The position numbers and the translations under genes are program-made. Shown here in pieces: positions 9,115 to 18,357 of a DNA stretch of 64,000 bases (its first letter is position 1; every line of letters starts with the position of its first letter). The notes beneath the pieces are model-generated. The model saw only the letters and a list, made by a program, of their open reading frames with translations. It searched no databases and had not been told where the DNA came from. Source of the stretch: a virus (taxonomy: Duplodnaviria; Caudoviricetes); IMG/VR virus record IMGVR_UViG_3300042988_000456, positions 236 through 64,235 of that record. The stretch is one strand, 5' to 3'.

Positions 9115-9552
9115 TCACTCCGGTATTTGTTGAAAGCGTTTGATGTTGAGGAGAACACAAGGTTCTACATCCTGCCAATCACTGCGGTCAGTGCGTCCAC
9201 CAAGGGTCACACCATCGTGCAGGAATTCGTCCTTGAAGGACGAATAATACAGACCACCATTGGTCTGCACAACCAGAACAAACGGGGTTTTTGTCACCTG
9301 CGATAAGGACTTTGCCGCCAGCCATTTGTCCACACTCAGCAGGTAGCCGCCGAACTGTTGAATCTGCTGCATGGAGTAGTTGCGCACCTTGATTTCACAA
9401 AATGCCACCACCCTGTTCTTGCGTGTAAACGCATAGTCCAAGCAGTATTTGATTGGCAACTTGTGTGCATTGGCTTGCCACACTTGCTGCAATGAAAGTA
9501 CCACCTGTGCTTCTCTGTTCAAGTCTTCCTGTGTTTCGTATTTAGGTCTCAC
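9115..9552 (-). CDS. PD-(D/E)XK-fold nuclease-like protein
   Basis: LDYAF...FCEIKVR motif. Confidence 0.65.
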   Translation of the reverse strand: MRPKYETQEDLNREAQVVLSLQQVWQANAHKLPIKYCLDYAFTRKNRVVAFCEIKVRNYSMQQIQQFGGYLLSVDKWLAAKSLSQVTKTPFVLVVQTNGGLYYSSFKDEFLHDGVTLGGRTDRSDWQDVEPCVLLNIKRFQQIPE

Positions 9553-9561
9553 TGTTACTCC

Positions 9562-9831
9562 TTATTTGCCCATCTCTTCCTTCCAGATGATCCTCATATA
9601 TTTGAGGATTCGATCTGCTGATCCGCTGCCGAACTTCTTTTCAGAAACCTGCAGTGCCTTTGCCAACCACGCCTTGTCCGTGAAGCTGTGGGCCAGTGTT
9701 CTGGCCTCTGCGTATTCCAATATGTACCGGTCACCTTGATCCTCCGGTGTCGGCTTCTTCAGTTCAAACAAATACCGTCTTACCATCCTGTCCCCTTCGG
9801 CCCCGCTAGGGCCGATGTAGCTATATGTCAC
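9562..9831 (-). CDS. Hypothetical protein
   Basis: Co-oriented with the replication operon; start uncertain. Confidence 0.55.
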   Translation of the reverse strand: MTYSYIGPSGAEGDRMVRRYLFELKKPTPEDQGDRYILEYAEARTLAHSFTDKAWLAKALQVSEKKFGSGSADRILKYMRIIWKEEMGK

Positions 9832-10040
9832 CCAAAGACCCCCCTACCCATGACAGGTATGAGGGTCAGAGGGGTCACCGCCTTACGGCATCTGCATGGT
9901 AGTTACCTACCCCCTAGGCTTGCAGATTCGACCAGCCCCACGGATTGTTACGGAGTTGCACCGGCCCAGTGTGGGCTTACCGTGTATCACCTTTTCTTCC
10001 ACGCACCCGATGCAGGGTCTTGCTAACGTGTGGAGTACGG

Positions 10041-10160
10041 TGCAGTCGTAGAAATGAAAAAAGCCGCTAACAACTACGCTCTGGTCGTGTTCCTCCGAGA
10101 ATCCCCAGAGGACAGAACGTATGTGTTAACGGCTTCAACTTCATCGCACACGACTGCGAC
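10041..10160 (-). promoter_or_regulatory. Attenuator-like leader: 23-bp terminator stem plus U-tract with alternative pairing
   Basis: Arms 10061-10083 and 10113-10135 pair on the minus-strand RNA with U-G wobbles; U6 follows. The 5' GCAGUCGUGU is complementary to loop ACACGAC and to downstream ACGACUGC. Confidence 0.6.
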
Positions 10161-10180
10161 AGGAGAAATATTACACCAAG

Positions 10181-10200
10181 TTGTGCGCCTTTGCGCACAA
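10181..10200. promoter_or_regulatory. Palindrome TTGTGCGC-cttt-GCGCACAA next to a possible minus-strand -10 (TAATAT)
   Basis: Perfect 8-bp inverted repeat just upstream of the attenuator. Confidence 0.4.
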
Positions 10201-10503
10201 GTCACAAAAAAAAGCCACTGGTGGTACCAGCACCAATGGCAATTTCTTAACTTAGCATCTTGATTCTGTCACATGCAAAACACCATTGCAATCAAGTCAT
10301 AGTGATTTGGTAGGGTATACAAGTACACCCCATTCAAATGAGGCATGGACAGAGGCAGAGGGCGCAATAGATTGGCAGGTAGCACACCATCCGGTGACTG
10401 GCCTGCCCGCCCGATTTAACGGGGACTTGTTGATGGCGACCGAGAACCCCCAGTCCTACGGATTGAGAGGCAGGTAGTTACTCCCGCCCAACGTACCGCT
10501 TAA

Positions 10504-10589
10504 CCATCAAGCCTGCAGACTGCCCCCGCTTATGACGGCACCACTTTACTGGTACGGGGTGTGGCTTCGCCAATCTGCAGACTTCATGG
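10504..10589 (-). ncRNA. Candidate small structured RNA with 19-bp closing stem
   Basis: 5' CCAUGAAGUCUGCAGAUUG pairs with 3' CAGUCUGCAGGCUUGAUGG (two U-G wobbles, one mismatch); inner CCCCG/CGGGG and UACCA/UGGUG stems. Confidence 0.45.
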
Positions 10590-10720
10590 AAGCGTAGCAA
10601 GTGTAGCTGTAGCAAACGGCAGAAAAATCAAGGATCGAAATGTGTTCATTTCCATCCTGAAAATTAACACATCACTAACTGCGTTTAAACGTTACTTGCC
10701 GGGTACTTGTTCCACAGCTT

Positions 10721-10770
10721 TAATATAATCTCGCTGTGCGAGATTATATTACCCCGTGAAACATTGTCAA
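10721..10770 (-). promoter_or_regulatory. Consensus sigma70 promoter overlapped by a 14-bp perfect inverted repeat
   Basis: Minus strand TTGACA-16 nt-TATAAT; taatataatctcgc-tgt-gcgagattatatta at 10721-10751. Confidence 0.75.
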
Positions 10771-11011
10771 GCGCCTAGTTTAAATTCCATGCTTTTGCGT
10801 TTAAACAACCTGTCCTTGGAAGGCCACGCCGTTACGCCCTCATTTTTTGACCTTAACGGGTCAGCGTTTACACAGGTGGCTCATCTGGTGAGCCTAGTGC
10901 CCCGTAATGCACCGTAGTGATCCGTGTTGATCCTTGTTGAGGTACAATGAGACCACTTCTCCTTGAAGTTGTTCGTCTCCCTGTCAGCACTGCGGTGCTG
11001 TTCAAGCCTCC

Positions 11012-11398
11012 TCACAAAGGAGGCTTTTTTTTGCTTGGGGCTACCTCGGGTATGGACTCAATCAAAATAACGCTCCTAGGGTTCTCCCGATCAAGTCCCC
11101 AGTAGGTATGTCGCTCCTTCACTTGCCTGTCATTCTCATAGGCAAGCCCCTGCATCAAGTCCAGAATCAGACTCTCGTCCAAGTCAGGACGGCGGGATGC
11201 ATAGTAGATATGCAGCGTCACCCGCAGATCACCTGTCATCAGTTCCGATGGCTCGCCCCACTGATCCCTGAACATGTCGCTATAAGACAACGCCTTGGCT
11301 GACTTGATTAGTCTGGAGGTGTTGCCAAAACGCACCACCCTGCGGGAATTTGCCTTGGATGCAGGTTCTCCGAAAATTATTTTTGATATTGCTTGCAT
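11012..11398 (-). CDS. rusA: RusA-like Holliday junction resolvase
   Basis: PASKANS, RRPDLD...LDLMQG...ENDRQV motifs. Confidence 0.85.
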   Translation of the reverse strand: MQAISKIIFGEPASKANSRRVVRFGNTSRLIKSAKALSYSDMFRDQWGEPSELMTGDLRVTLHIYYASRRPDLDESLILDLMQGLAYENDRQVKERHTYWGLDRENPRSVILIESIPEVAPSKKKPPL

Positions 11399-11421
11399 GA
11401 GATTAAAAATAGTACTATCAT
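11393..11421 (+). promoter_or_regulatory. sigma70-like promoter of the recombination block
   Basis: TTGCAT-17 nt-TATCAT upstream of the ORF at 11455. Confidence 0.55.
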
Positions 11422-11454
11422 TCGTCCCATCAACAACAAAGACAGGACAGACGG

Positions 11455-12336
11455 ATGAAAATCACCAACCGCACGGGGTTGCCCCCGCCATTGGTCGCTA
11501 TGCTGACCAAGGAATACTACTCCAAGGGCGACTCGGAGTACAGCGCAACAGGCTTGATTGAGCCTCCACGCATCAAACTGTTAAGAGAACGTTACAAAGA
11601 TCAGATTGAGTCCGATGTAGTGGACATGATGTGGTCGTTCCTTGGCACGGCATTGCATGCCCGTCTGGAAGAGTTGGACTTGGAGGCTCTGGGCCTGACC
11701 TCCTATATCAAGGAAGAGCGTCTGTTCGCAGAGGTGAATGGCATCCGCATCAGCGGTGCCATTGATCTGCAGGAGAAAGCACCTGTGGGGATCATCATCT
11801 CTGACTACAAGTACACCAGTGCGTACAGCGTCATCTATGGCAAAGAGGAGTGGGTTGCTCAACTCAACATCTACAAGTGGTTCGTGGAGAAGGTAAAGGG
11901 TGAGCGTGTTGTGGCTCTGCGCATCTGTGCATTCCTGCGTGATCACAGTAAGCATGATGCCCGTGGCAACTACCCTGCAGAACCAATCGTGGAGATCGAT
12001 CTGCCGGTGTGGAGTTTTGAGAAGGCTGATGCCTATGTCAAAGAGCGTTTAAACCTTCACCTTGAAGCAGCTATGGCAGATGCAACAGGCGGTGCCCTGC
12101 CGCCTTGCACAGATGCAGAACGCTGGATGACAGAGGAAGTGTTTGCAGTGAAGCGTGAAGGCCGCAAGACAGCCATCAAGCTTTACAACAGTATGGAAGA
12201 GGCCACCGCCAGAGCGGTGGAAGAGAAGGGTTATGTAGAGACCCGCAAAGGTACACCCCGCAGGTGTGAAGGTAACTACTGCAAGGTTGCGCAGTGGTGT
12301 GATCAATATCAATCAGAGAAAAGGGAAGAGCTATGA
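11455..12336 (+). CDS. PD-(D/E)XK (Cas4/RecB-like) exonuclease
   Basis: GTALH, ISGAIDL, DYK, QLNIY motifs and C-terminal cysteines (PPC...RC...YC...WC). Confidence 0.8.
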   Translation: MKITNRTGLPPPLVAMLTKEYYSKGDSEYSATGLIEPPRIKLLRERYKDQIESDVVDMMWSFLGTALHARLEELDLEALGLTSYIKEERLFAEVNGIRISGAIDLQEKAPVGIIISDYKYTSAYSVIYGKEEWVAQLNIYKWFVEKVKGERVVALRICAFLRDHSKHDARGNYPAEPIVEIDLPVWSFEKADAYVKERLNLHLEAAMADATGGALPPCTDAERWMTEEVFAVKREGRKTAIKLYNSMEEATARAVEEKGYVETRKGTPRRCEGNYCKVAQWCDQYQSEKREEL

Positions 12337-12950
12337 GCGAACAGAAGCAGATGAGTGCCATTGACTTACTCAGTGTAAACGTCAGTGGACACACGGAGAA
12401 GAAGAATGGCCTGACATATTTGTCTTGGGCTTGGGCTTGGGATCAGGTGCTTCGTGCCGACAAGGATGCCAACTTCAACGTGGAGTTGTTTGGCGATACG
12501 CCACTGATGCGTATCGGTGACAGCTACATGGTGTGGGTCAGTGTCATTGTGTTTGGCAAGAAGATCACCTGCATGCTGCCGGTGCTGGATCACCGCAACA
12601 AACCGATTGCCAACCCTGATTCGTTCCATGTGAACACCAGCATCATGCGCTGCCTCACCAAGGCCATCGCTATGCATGGTTTGGGGCTTTATATCTATGC
12701 AGGTGAGGACTTGCCTATGGTGAGTCCTGAAGAGGCTGAAAAGGCTGCACAGGAGAACCGCGCACACGCAATGATTTTCACTGCAAAGATTTCGGCAGAA
12801 GCCTCGGAGCAGATTGATGTGGACGGCTTGAATGCTTTGTTCAAGAAGCACGGAGCCAGCCTCCAACAGTTGAAAGCTGACCATCCCGACTTGCATGCAC
12901 AGTTGGTCACTGTTTACACAGCATGCAAAGCAGACTTAACCAAGGAGTAA
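12333..12950 (+). CDS. Sak3/DUF1071-like single-strand annealing protein
   Basis: KKNGLTYLSWAWAW, LPVLDHRNK, MRCLTKAIAMHGLGLYIYAGEDLP. Confidence 0.85.
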   Translation: MSEQKQMSAIDLLSVNVSGHTEKKNGLTYLSWAWAWDQVLRADKDANFNVELFGDTPLMRIGDSYMVWVSVIVFGKKITCMLPVLDHRNKPIANPDSFHVNTSIMRCLTKAIAMHGLGLYIYAGEDLPMVSPEEAEKAAQENRAHAMIFTAKISAEASEQIDVDGLNALFKKHGASLQQLKADHPDLHAQLVTVYTACKADLTKE

Positions 12951-12953
12951 GAC

Positions 12954-13259
12954 ATGGCTTTTGATAAACCGTATGAAGAGAAGCCCGACTCGGGCGCGTT
13001 GCATGCAACTGCATCCAAGCAAAAGGAGACATCTCCTGACTACTTCGGATCGCTGACCATCAACCTGAAGGACAAGACGGCGATTACTGCCAACCCCGAT
13101 GGCAGCATTAGCTTGAAGCTGTCTGGCTGGAAGAAGAAGAACAAGGCGGGCAAGGTGTACCTGTCCCTGTCTGTGAGCCGCTTCGTGCCCAAAGAACAAG
13201 GCAGTCGCCCTGCGCCTGCTCCTGACTTTGGTGATGATTCCAGCGACATCCCGTTCTGA
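12954..13259 (+). CDS. Putative single-stranded DNA-binding protein
   Basis: PDYFG...SGWKK...YLSL pattern and acidic DDSSDIPF C-terminus typical of SSBs; next to the annealing protein. Confidence 0.7.
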   Translation: MAFDKPYEEKPDSGALHATASKQKETSPDYFGSLTINLKDKTAITANPDGSISLKLSGWKKKNKAGKVYLSLSVSRFVPKEQGSRPAPAPDFGDDSSDIPF

Positions 13260-13260
13260 T

Positions 13261-13680
13261 ATGGCAATGCAGTTTGAAGCCCGTAAGGTGGCTTTAAAGC
13301 AGGACAAGACAGGGTACATCCTGACCTTGTCACTGCACCCCGACGAGATTCCAGCCGAACTGCTGCGTGACTTCGTTGGGGCACGGTATGCCTGTGCGGT
13401 GGTACGCATTGAGGATGATGAATCCCCAACGCAGTACTCCAACAGGGTGTCGATTGCAGGGATGCTGTGCAGGGATGCAGGCTTCCAGCGGTACGTTGCA
13501 GAGTTGATGGAGAAGCCATTTGCCACAGAGGCACAGGCTGCTCAGTATGTCTGCCACTTCTGCGGAATTGAGTCCCGCACAGAACTGAACGGCAACATGG
13601 ATGCGCAGGTGCATTTCGATGCCATGCGTCAACAGTTTAAACAATGGAGTGAAGATGGCGACCAAAACGACCCGTTCTAA
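13261..13680 (+). CDS. Conserved hypothetical phage protein
   Basis: ORF in the operon; CGIESRTEL motif. Confidence 0.6.
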   Translation: MAMQFEARKVALKQDKTGYILTLSLHPDEIPAELLRDFVGARYACAVVRIEDDESPTQYSNRVSIAGMLCRDAGFQRYVAELMEKPFATEAQAAQYVCHFCGIESRTELNGNMDAQVHFDAMRQQFKQWSEDGDQNDPF

Positions 13681-13960
13681 GGTGACGCCATTCCTTGTGT
13701 ACATGGACAACGCAGAGCATCTGGCACTCAAGAAGTTTGCCAGACAGAACCGGTTGGCTATGACGCAGGTAGTGCGTCAGGGGGTGAAGATTCGTCTGTC
13801 TGATAACGACTACACCAAGGGGTTCAATGCAGGCGTTCAAGCCTGCATCAACACAGTGCAAGGCATGCAGGTTGCACAGATGAAGTTCCCCAGCGGTCAG
13901 TCGTTCTCTGAGTTGATTGCAGATGAACTGTCCAACAACATCATCAAGGTGCCTACATGA
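13655..13960 (+). CDS. Possible ribbon-helix-helix DNA-binding protein
   Basis: PFLVYM...LKKFA...MTQVVRQGV strand-helix-helix pattern; GGAG RBS. Confidence 0.5.
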   Translation: MATKTTRSKVTPFLVYMDNAEHLALKKFARQNRLAMTQVVRQGVKIRLSDNDYTKGFNAGVQACINTVQGMQVAQMKFPSGQSFSELIADELSNNIIKVPT

Positions 13961-14205
13961 AACCGCTGAGTGGTGATCGCAACCAGTGTGCTGGTTGCAA
14001 GAAATATTTCAACAGCACTGCGGCGTTTGATAAGCACCGCACGGGCCAGTTTGGAGTTGACCGCAGATGCAAGACAACAGAGGAAATGATTGCAGATGGC
14101 ATGAGCCAGCGCAGTGATGACTTCTGGGTAGGAACCAAGATGCCAGTACTTTTACAGGAGAAGTATCGTGAAAAGAATCAAGCAACTGATCCGGCACAGC
14201 CGTGA
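13957..14205 (+). CDS. Small zinc-binding protein (CxxC...FDxHR...C)
   Basis: CAGC...STAAFDKHR...RRC. Confidence 0.65.
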   Translation: MKPLSGDRNQCAGCKKYFNSTAAFDKHRTGQFGVDRRCKTTEEMIADGMSQRSDDFWVGTKMPVLLQEKYREKNQATDPAQP

Positions 14206-14332
14206 GTTGTACAACAGTGATCTTGTGCCACAGCGTTTAAACAAACGTAATCAACGGGCATGGGTAAGGAGCATTCTGTGGCTTGGAGAAAAATGGCTGT
14301 TGCATCCCTCAAATTCTGTTACACGGCAGTGA
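14168..14332 (+). CDS. Small basic hypothetical protein (below ORF-track cutoff)
   Basis: GTG start, MKRIKQL...RAWVRSILWLGEKWLL...; 54 aa. Confidence 0.45.
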   Translation: MKRIKQLIRHSRELYNSDLVPQRLNKRNQRAWVRSILWLGEKWLLHPSNSVTRQ

Positions 14333-14476
14333 AGAAGCTGTTGCTCTTTAGCTTCCTCTTCATTGTGGGGTGATCATGGATAAGGTGATGGGGTTCATTT
14401 TGAACCTGCTGGCAGGTGTAGGGATGGTCACTGCGTACATCCTGTATGTGGTGTTCTTTTATTCATAGGAGGTGAT

Positions 14477-14725
14477 GTGACAGGTGCAGACAATGTTCAG
14501 GTGGGTGGCACCCACTACAAAGACATGCCGATGCAACCGTGGGAGGTCATGGAAACCATCATGACCCGCGAAGAGTTTGTGGGTTTTTTGAAAGGCAATG
14601 TACTCAAGTACAGCATGAGAGCAGGCCAGAAGCTTGGCGCTTCTGACGATGCAGAAAAGGCGCGGCATTACCAGCAGAAACTGCGTGAAGTGTTGATGCA
14701 CAACCCATTTGTAAGAGACGTTTAA
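14477..14725 (+). CDS. DUF3310/SaV-like protein
   Basis: QVGGTHY...QPWE...GFLKGNVLKYSMRAG.K...D.EKARHY. Confidence 0.85.
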   Translation: MTGADNVQVGGTHYKDMPMQPWEVMETIMTREEFVGFLKGNVLKYSMRAGQKLGASDDAEKARHYQQKLREVLMHNPFVRDV

Positions 14726-14739
14726 ACAAGGAGATTGGA

Positions 14740-15123
14740 ATGAGTAGTTACGCAGAAGTGGAGATGCTGATCGTGCAATGGGCAGAAGCCCGTGGCATTG
14801 TTCAGAACGGGAAACACATTGGACAGTCCCGCAAGACTTTGGAAGAAGCTGGTGAATTGATAGAAGCCATTGGCAATCTTGATGGTTTAAACACCTTGAT
14901 CAACTACTACCCAGAGCTTGCCATTCGCCCAGAGTTCAAAGAGCTTCTGGAGAGAACAAAGAAAGCTGTGCGCGATGCCATTGGCGACATTGGTGTCACG
15001 CTGATTGTTGGCTGCGCTGTGGCAGACATGAACCTTGTTGACTGCCTGTACGAAGCCTATGACGAAATCAAAGACCGTAAAGGTTACCTCCGTGCAGACG
15101 GAGTATTTGTGAAGGAGCAATGA
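14740..15123 (+). CDS. MazG-like NTP pyrophosphohydrolase
   Basis: EEAGEL...DAIGDIGVTL...CLYEAYDEIKDRKG. Confidence 0.8.
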   Translation: MSSYAEVEMLIVQWAEARGIVQNGKHIGQSRKTLEEAGELIEAIGNLDGLNTLINYYPELAIRPEFKELLERTKKAVRDAIGDIGVTLIVGCAVADMNLVDCLYEAYDEIKDRKGYLRADGVFVKEQ

Positions 15124-15272
15124 TGGCCCACTTTGTTATTTTTGCCTGCTTTGCTGCATGGCTGACCCATGTGTTTACATGCTTTGCGCAGGGTCTGTGG
15201 GGCTTCCTGATTGCTGGCGCAATCATGTTCCCTGTGGGTATTCTGCATGGTCTGTATCTGTGGTTCACATGA
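15120..15272 (+). CDS. Small membrane protein
   Basis: MMAHFVIFACFAAWLTHVFTC...WGFLIAGAIMFPVGILHG; ATGA coupling at both ends. Confidence 0.55.
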   Translation: MMAHFVIFACFAAWLTHVFTCFAQGLWGFLIAGAIMFPVGILHGLYLWFT

Positions 15273-15556
15273 TGATTCCACCGCTGCCTAAGCCGGACAA
15301 AGATTTGCGCTACGGAGCGATTGCCATGCAGAAGTATGGAGAGAAATGTGCTGCAGCCGCTAAGGCAGATGCTCAACAAGACTTGGACGCTGTGCATAAA
15401 CACATCTCCAGATTGTTGGCTGCAATGGTATCCAGTTGCGGAGGTAAGGCCATCCTGACCCCCGCAGATGTGATTGCCATCGAAGGGCAGACCCTGACGA
15501 TGGTTGAGGATTTTGAGACTGACAACATTGTTTTTACGTTACACAAGGAGAAATGA
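15269..15556 (+). CDS. Hypothetical protein
   Basis: Coupled ORF in the operon. Confidence 0.5.
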   Translation: MMIPPLPKPDKDLRYGAIAMQKYGEKCAAAAKADAQQDLDAVHKHISRLLAAMVSSCGGKAILTPADVIAIEGQTLTMVEDFETDNIVFTLHKEK

Positions 15557-15557
15557 C

Positions 15558-15971
15558 ATGAACACACCAGACATGTTTACACACAAGATGCCACTGAACC
15601 ACCGTGTCTTCAAAGCAGTGAAAGACTTTCACAACGGTTACACACGGGAGGAGTTGACCAAAGAACTTGCCAAGGAAGGCTACAAGGCCAAGTCTGTTGG
15701 CCCCACCCTCTCCATGCTGGAGACTGCTGGACTGTTGGCGCGAAATGGTACTTTGTACTTCGCCACCAAAGATCACTACATAACCATCACCAAGGACATG
15801 CTGGATGCTGGTCGCACTCTCAAAGCGGAGAGCAAACTCCAGAACAAACGCCGTACACATGCGGCCCTTGCAGCACCCAAGACTTCAGTGGCAAGTGTGC
15901 TGAATGGTTTAAACGTTCAAGAGGCACATGAGTTGTACCTGAAGCTGCGTGAGATGTTTCACAAGGATTGA
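15558..15971 (+). CDS. Putative winged-helix DNA-binding protein
   Basis: TREELTKEL...SVGPTLSMLETAGLL...LYF; AAGGAG RBS. Confidence 0.55.
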   Translation: MNTPDMFTHKMPLNHRVFKAVKDFHNGYTREELTKELAKEGYKAKSVGPTLSMLETAGLLARNGTLYFATKDHYITITKDMLDAGRTLKAESKLQNKRRTHAALAAPKTSVASVLNGLNVQEAHELYLKLREMFHKD

Positions 15972-16210
15972 TGATGGTCTCAGATGAACCGCGCACCATT
16001 CGCATGAGCGAAACAGAGTGGGGAGTCTTTGAGTTGATTGGCGGAGTCCAGTGGCTAAAGAGCAGGCTCCGTCATATGCACAAAGCAGGGTACGCCAAGC
16101 GGCAACGCAACAACCGCATCAGAAAAGACCATGAAGAAGGTTTAAACATTGCAGTGCTGGCAGAGAAGTACCAACTGGACAAAACAACAATCTGGAGAAT
16201 CCTGAAATGA
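15968..16210 (+). CDS. Mor-like HTH protein
   Basis: RNNRIR...LAEKYQLDKTTIWRILK resembles the Mor/C activator C-terminus. Confidence 0.6.
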   Translation: MMMVSDEPRTIRMSETEWGVFELIGGVQWLKSRLRHMHKAGYAKRQRNNRIRKDHEEGLNIAVLAEKYQLDKTTIWRILK

Positions 16211-16313
16211 TTGACGATGACAACTGGATTGAGGACATGGCGGCTCTTGGATTGGCTGTGATCTTTATAGTGATTGGAACTGCGGCAGGTGGACTGCTTT
16301 ATTGGGTGCTGAC

Positions 16314-16595
16314 ATGAGCCGCGCTACTGAACTTGCTGAATGGCTAGAAACATCAAACAGCAGTGTAGATGTGGATGCGGCAAACCTCTTGCGCCAGCAA
16401 GAAGCTGTGTTACGGCAGTGTGTGGAGGCTTTGACTCGCAGCAAGCCTTTTGTTGAGGGCAAGGAATGGGAGTGTGAAGCGCGGTACGACATTACCAAAG
16501 ATGGTGGTCACTACGAAGCCTATGCAACAGCAAGAGACATTCGTGCGCAATGTGAAGACGCACTGGCAGCGGCAAAGGAGGTGCTGAGTGACTGA
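16314..16595 (+). CDS. Hypothetical protein
   Basis: Coupled small ORF. Confidence 0.5.
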   Translation: MSRATELAEWLETSNSSVDVDAANLLRQQEAVLRQCVEALTRSKPFVEGKEWECEARYDITKDGGHYEAYATARDIRAQCEDALAAAKEVLSD

Positions 16596-16944
16596 CCTTG
16601 AAATCTCCAAAGCCTTGGCTCTGGCTATTGGATGGCGTGAGTTTGATCTTGCTGTGTCCGAAGCAGGAAGACTGTTTGCATACCGCCACGGCTGGCACAA
16701 GTTCGACTACCGTGATTGGAACGTCATTGGCCCGATAGCTGAACGATACAGTGTGTTTCCTCAGTCTCGTTCAACAGGTAACTTCAAGAAAGCCAAAGCA
16801 CAAGGCTATACAGATGTTGAGTCTTGGGAGGTTTTCTACTACGACTACAACTCCAGTGGATATATGTCTGGCAACTGGAAACATGTAGTTGATAAATGTC
16901 CCAAGCGTTGTATTGCAATGGCAGTGATTGGAGCGAAGAAATGA
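16588..16944 (+). CDS. NinX/DUF2591-like protein
   Basis: MTDLEISKALALAIGW...DWNVIGPIAERY...PKRCIAMA. Confidence 0.6.
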   Translation: MTDLEISKALALAIGWREFDLAVSEAGRLFAYRHGWHKFDYRDWNVIGPIAERYSVFPQSRSTGNFKKAKAQGYTDVESWEVFYYDYNSSGYMSGNWKHVVDKCPKRCIAMAVIGAKK

Positions 16945-17615
16945 AGCTGCCTGAACCTGCGCTCTATGTCAGCTATGACGGCGGCTGGATGGGTGAAGCG
17001 TCTGACAACGCCGAAAACATCACTGAGCATTTGACTTCCGTTTACACAGAAGCCCAGATGCGGGAGATGTATCAACAAGGTGTTACTGACGCAGCCAACC
17101 GCGCACAGATAGCCATGCTTGGCATTCCATACCACTGGACGAAGCGGGTTGTTGCGGCGATATACGCATTGAAGGAGAAAACATGACACCGACAAATGAA
17201 CTGCGCTTTGTTGAGCGCGAGATTAAATACAACGAACCTGCGATGGGTGGTGATTACGTTATCTCAGGAGTTCGTGTCATCAAAGTCTTGCAGCAGAAGG
17301 TTATCAACGATCTGAATCGCTACGAATGGCGCGATGTGCCTGTTGTGAAGGAGCAAGAAAATGAGCATTGAAATCATTGTGTGTTTTGGGCTTTTGTCGA
17401 TAGTGCTTCTCGGTGCAATCAACTACTTCCACTACTGGTTGAAAAGTCTTGAGCGCAGGTTTGAACGGTATCAGGAAAGCCAGCACACAAACCACCGGAT
17501 GTACAGGGATGACCACTTTGAATTACAGGCAAAGCACGACCGTCTGGTGGAAGCGTTGGGGATGATCGAATCCAAGCCGACACCGAAACAGTATGTGAAG
17601 AAAGGGAATGTATGA
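16941..17615 (+). CDS. Three small hypothetical proteins (16941-17186, 17183-17371, 17361-17615)
   Basis: Translationally coupled ORFs with GGAG RBSs. Confidence 0.5.
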
Positions 17616-17784
17616 CTGACATTGAAAAAGAAATCATGCGCCAGATACATGAGATGGACAAAGAGATCAAGACATTACGCGAACGTGTGGCTGTGCTGGA
17701 GTCGAAGCACCATCACGGCAATGGGGTTCCGCAGCACCCGATGTATCTGGAGCCGCCATTCAAAGTTACTTGCGGGGTGAAGAA

Positions 17785-18357
17785 ATGACTGACCTGAACA
17801 AAGCCCGTGAAGTAGCACAGCGGCTAGGCGATTGGAGCGATATGGCAACGCCGACAGAAGCAGCAAACACCATCGACAGCCTTGTGGCAGAAGTCGAGCG
17901 CAAAGAAGCGGAGAACTTTGCATGGCGCACCAAGCTAGGCATCAAAGGCTATGAAGTGGAGATTGCCGACCTAAAAGGCGCACTCAAAACAGCACAGGCA
18001 GAAGTCGAGCGACTCAAGGAATACCAAGCACGGCACTACGTTGCCATAACTGAGCGTGACAAAGCACAGGCAGAAGTCGAGCGACTGACCAAGGTGGATG
18101 TGGAGCCGCTTGGCTGGATGAATGCGGGTGCTGTAAAGGACTTGGAAGATGGCACAGACACGTATAGCTATGTCTATAAAAAACACTCCGCATCAACATC
18201 AGTTGCTGTTTACAAAGCCTCCGCACTCGCAGCAGAACAAGCCAAGGTGCGGGAGTTGGTTGACTGCATAGAGGACTTGCTTGATGCCGTTCCACCACTG
18301 TGGGAGTGTGCTGAACGTGCCGTTGATCTGCTTGAAAGAATAGGAGAACAGAAATGA
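17785..18357 (+). CDS. Coiled-coil mosaic hypothetical protein
   Basis: Repeated AEVERL segments shared with the next gene. Confidence 0.55.
   Translation: MTDLNKAREVAQRLGDWSDMATPTEAANTIDSLVAEVERKEAENFAWRTKLGIKGYEVEIADLKGALKTAQAEVERLKEYQARHYVAITERDKAQAEVERLTKVDVEPLGWMNAGAVKDLEDGTDTYSYVYKKHSASTSVAVYKASALAAEQAKVRELVDCIEDLLDAVPPLWECAERAVDLLERIGEQK

Noticed and set aside
10755-10763. CGTGAAACA as a parS site
   Set aside because: Only half of the 16-bp parS palindrome, lying in a promoter spacer.
10200-11010. tRNA genes in the non-coding region
   Set aside because: No T-loop GTTCRA or cloverleaf spacing found by eye; tRNAscan-SE would be decisive.
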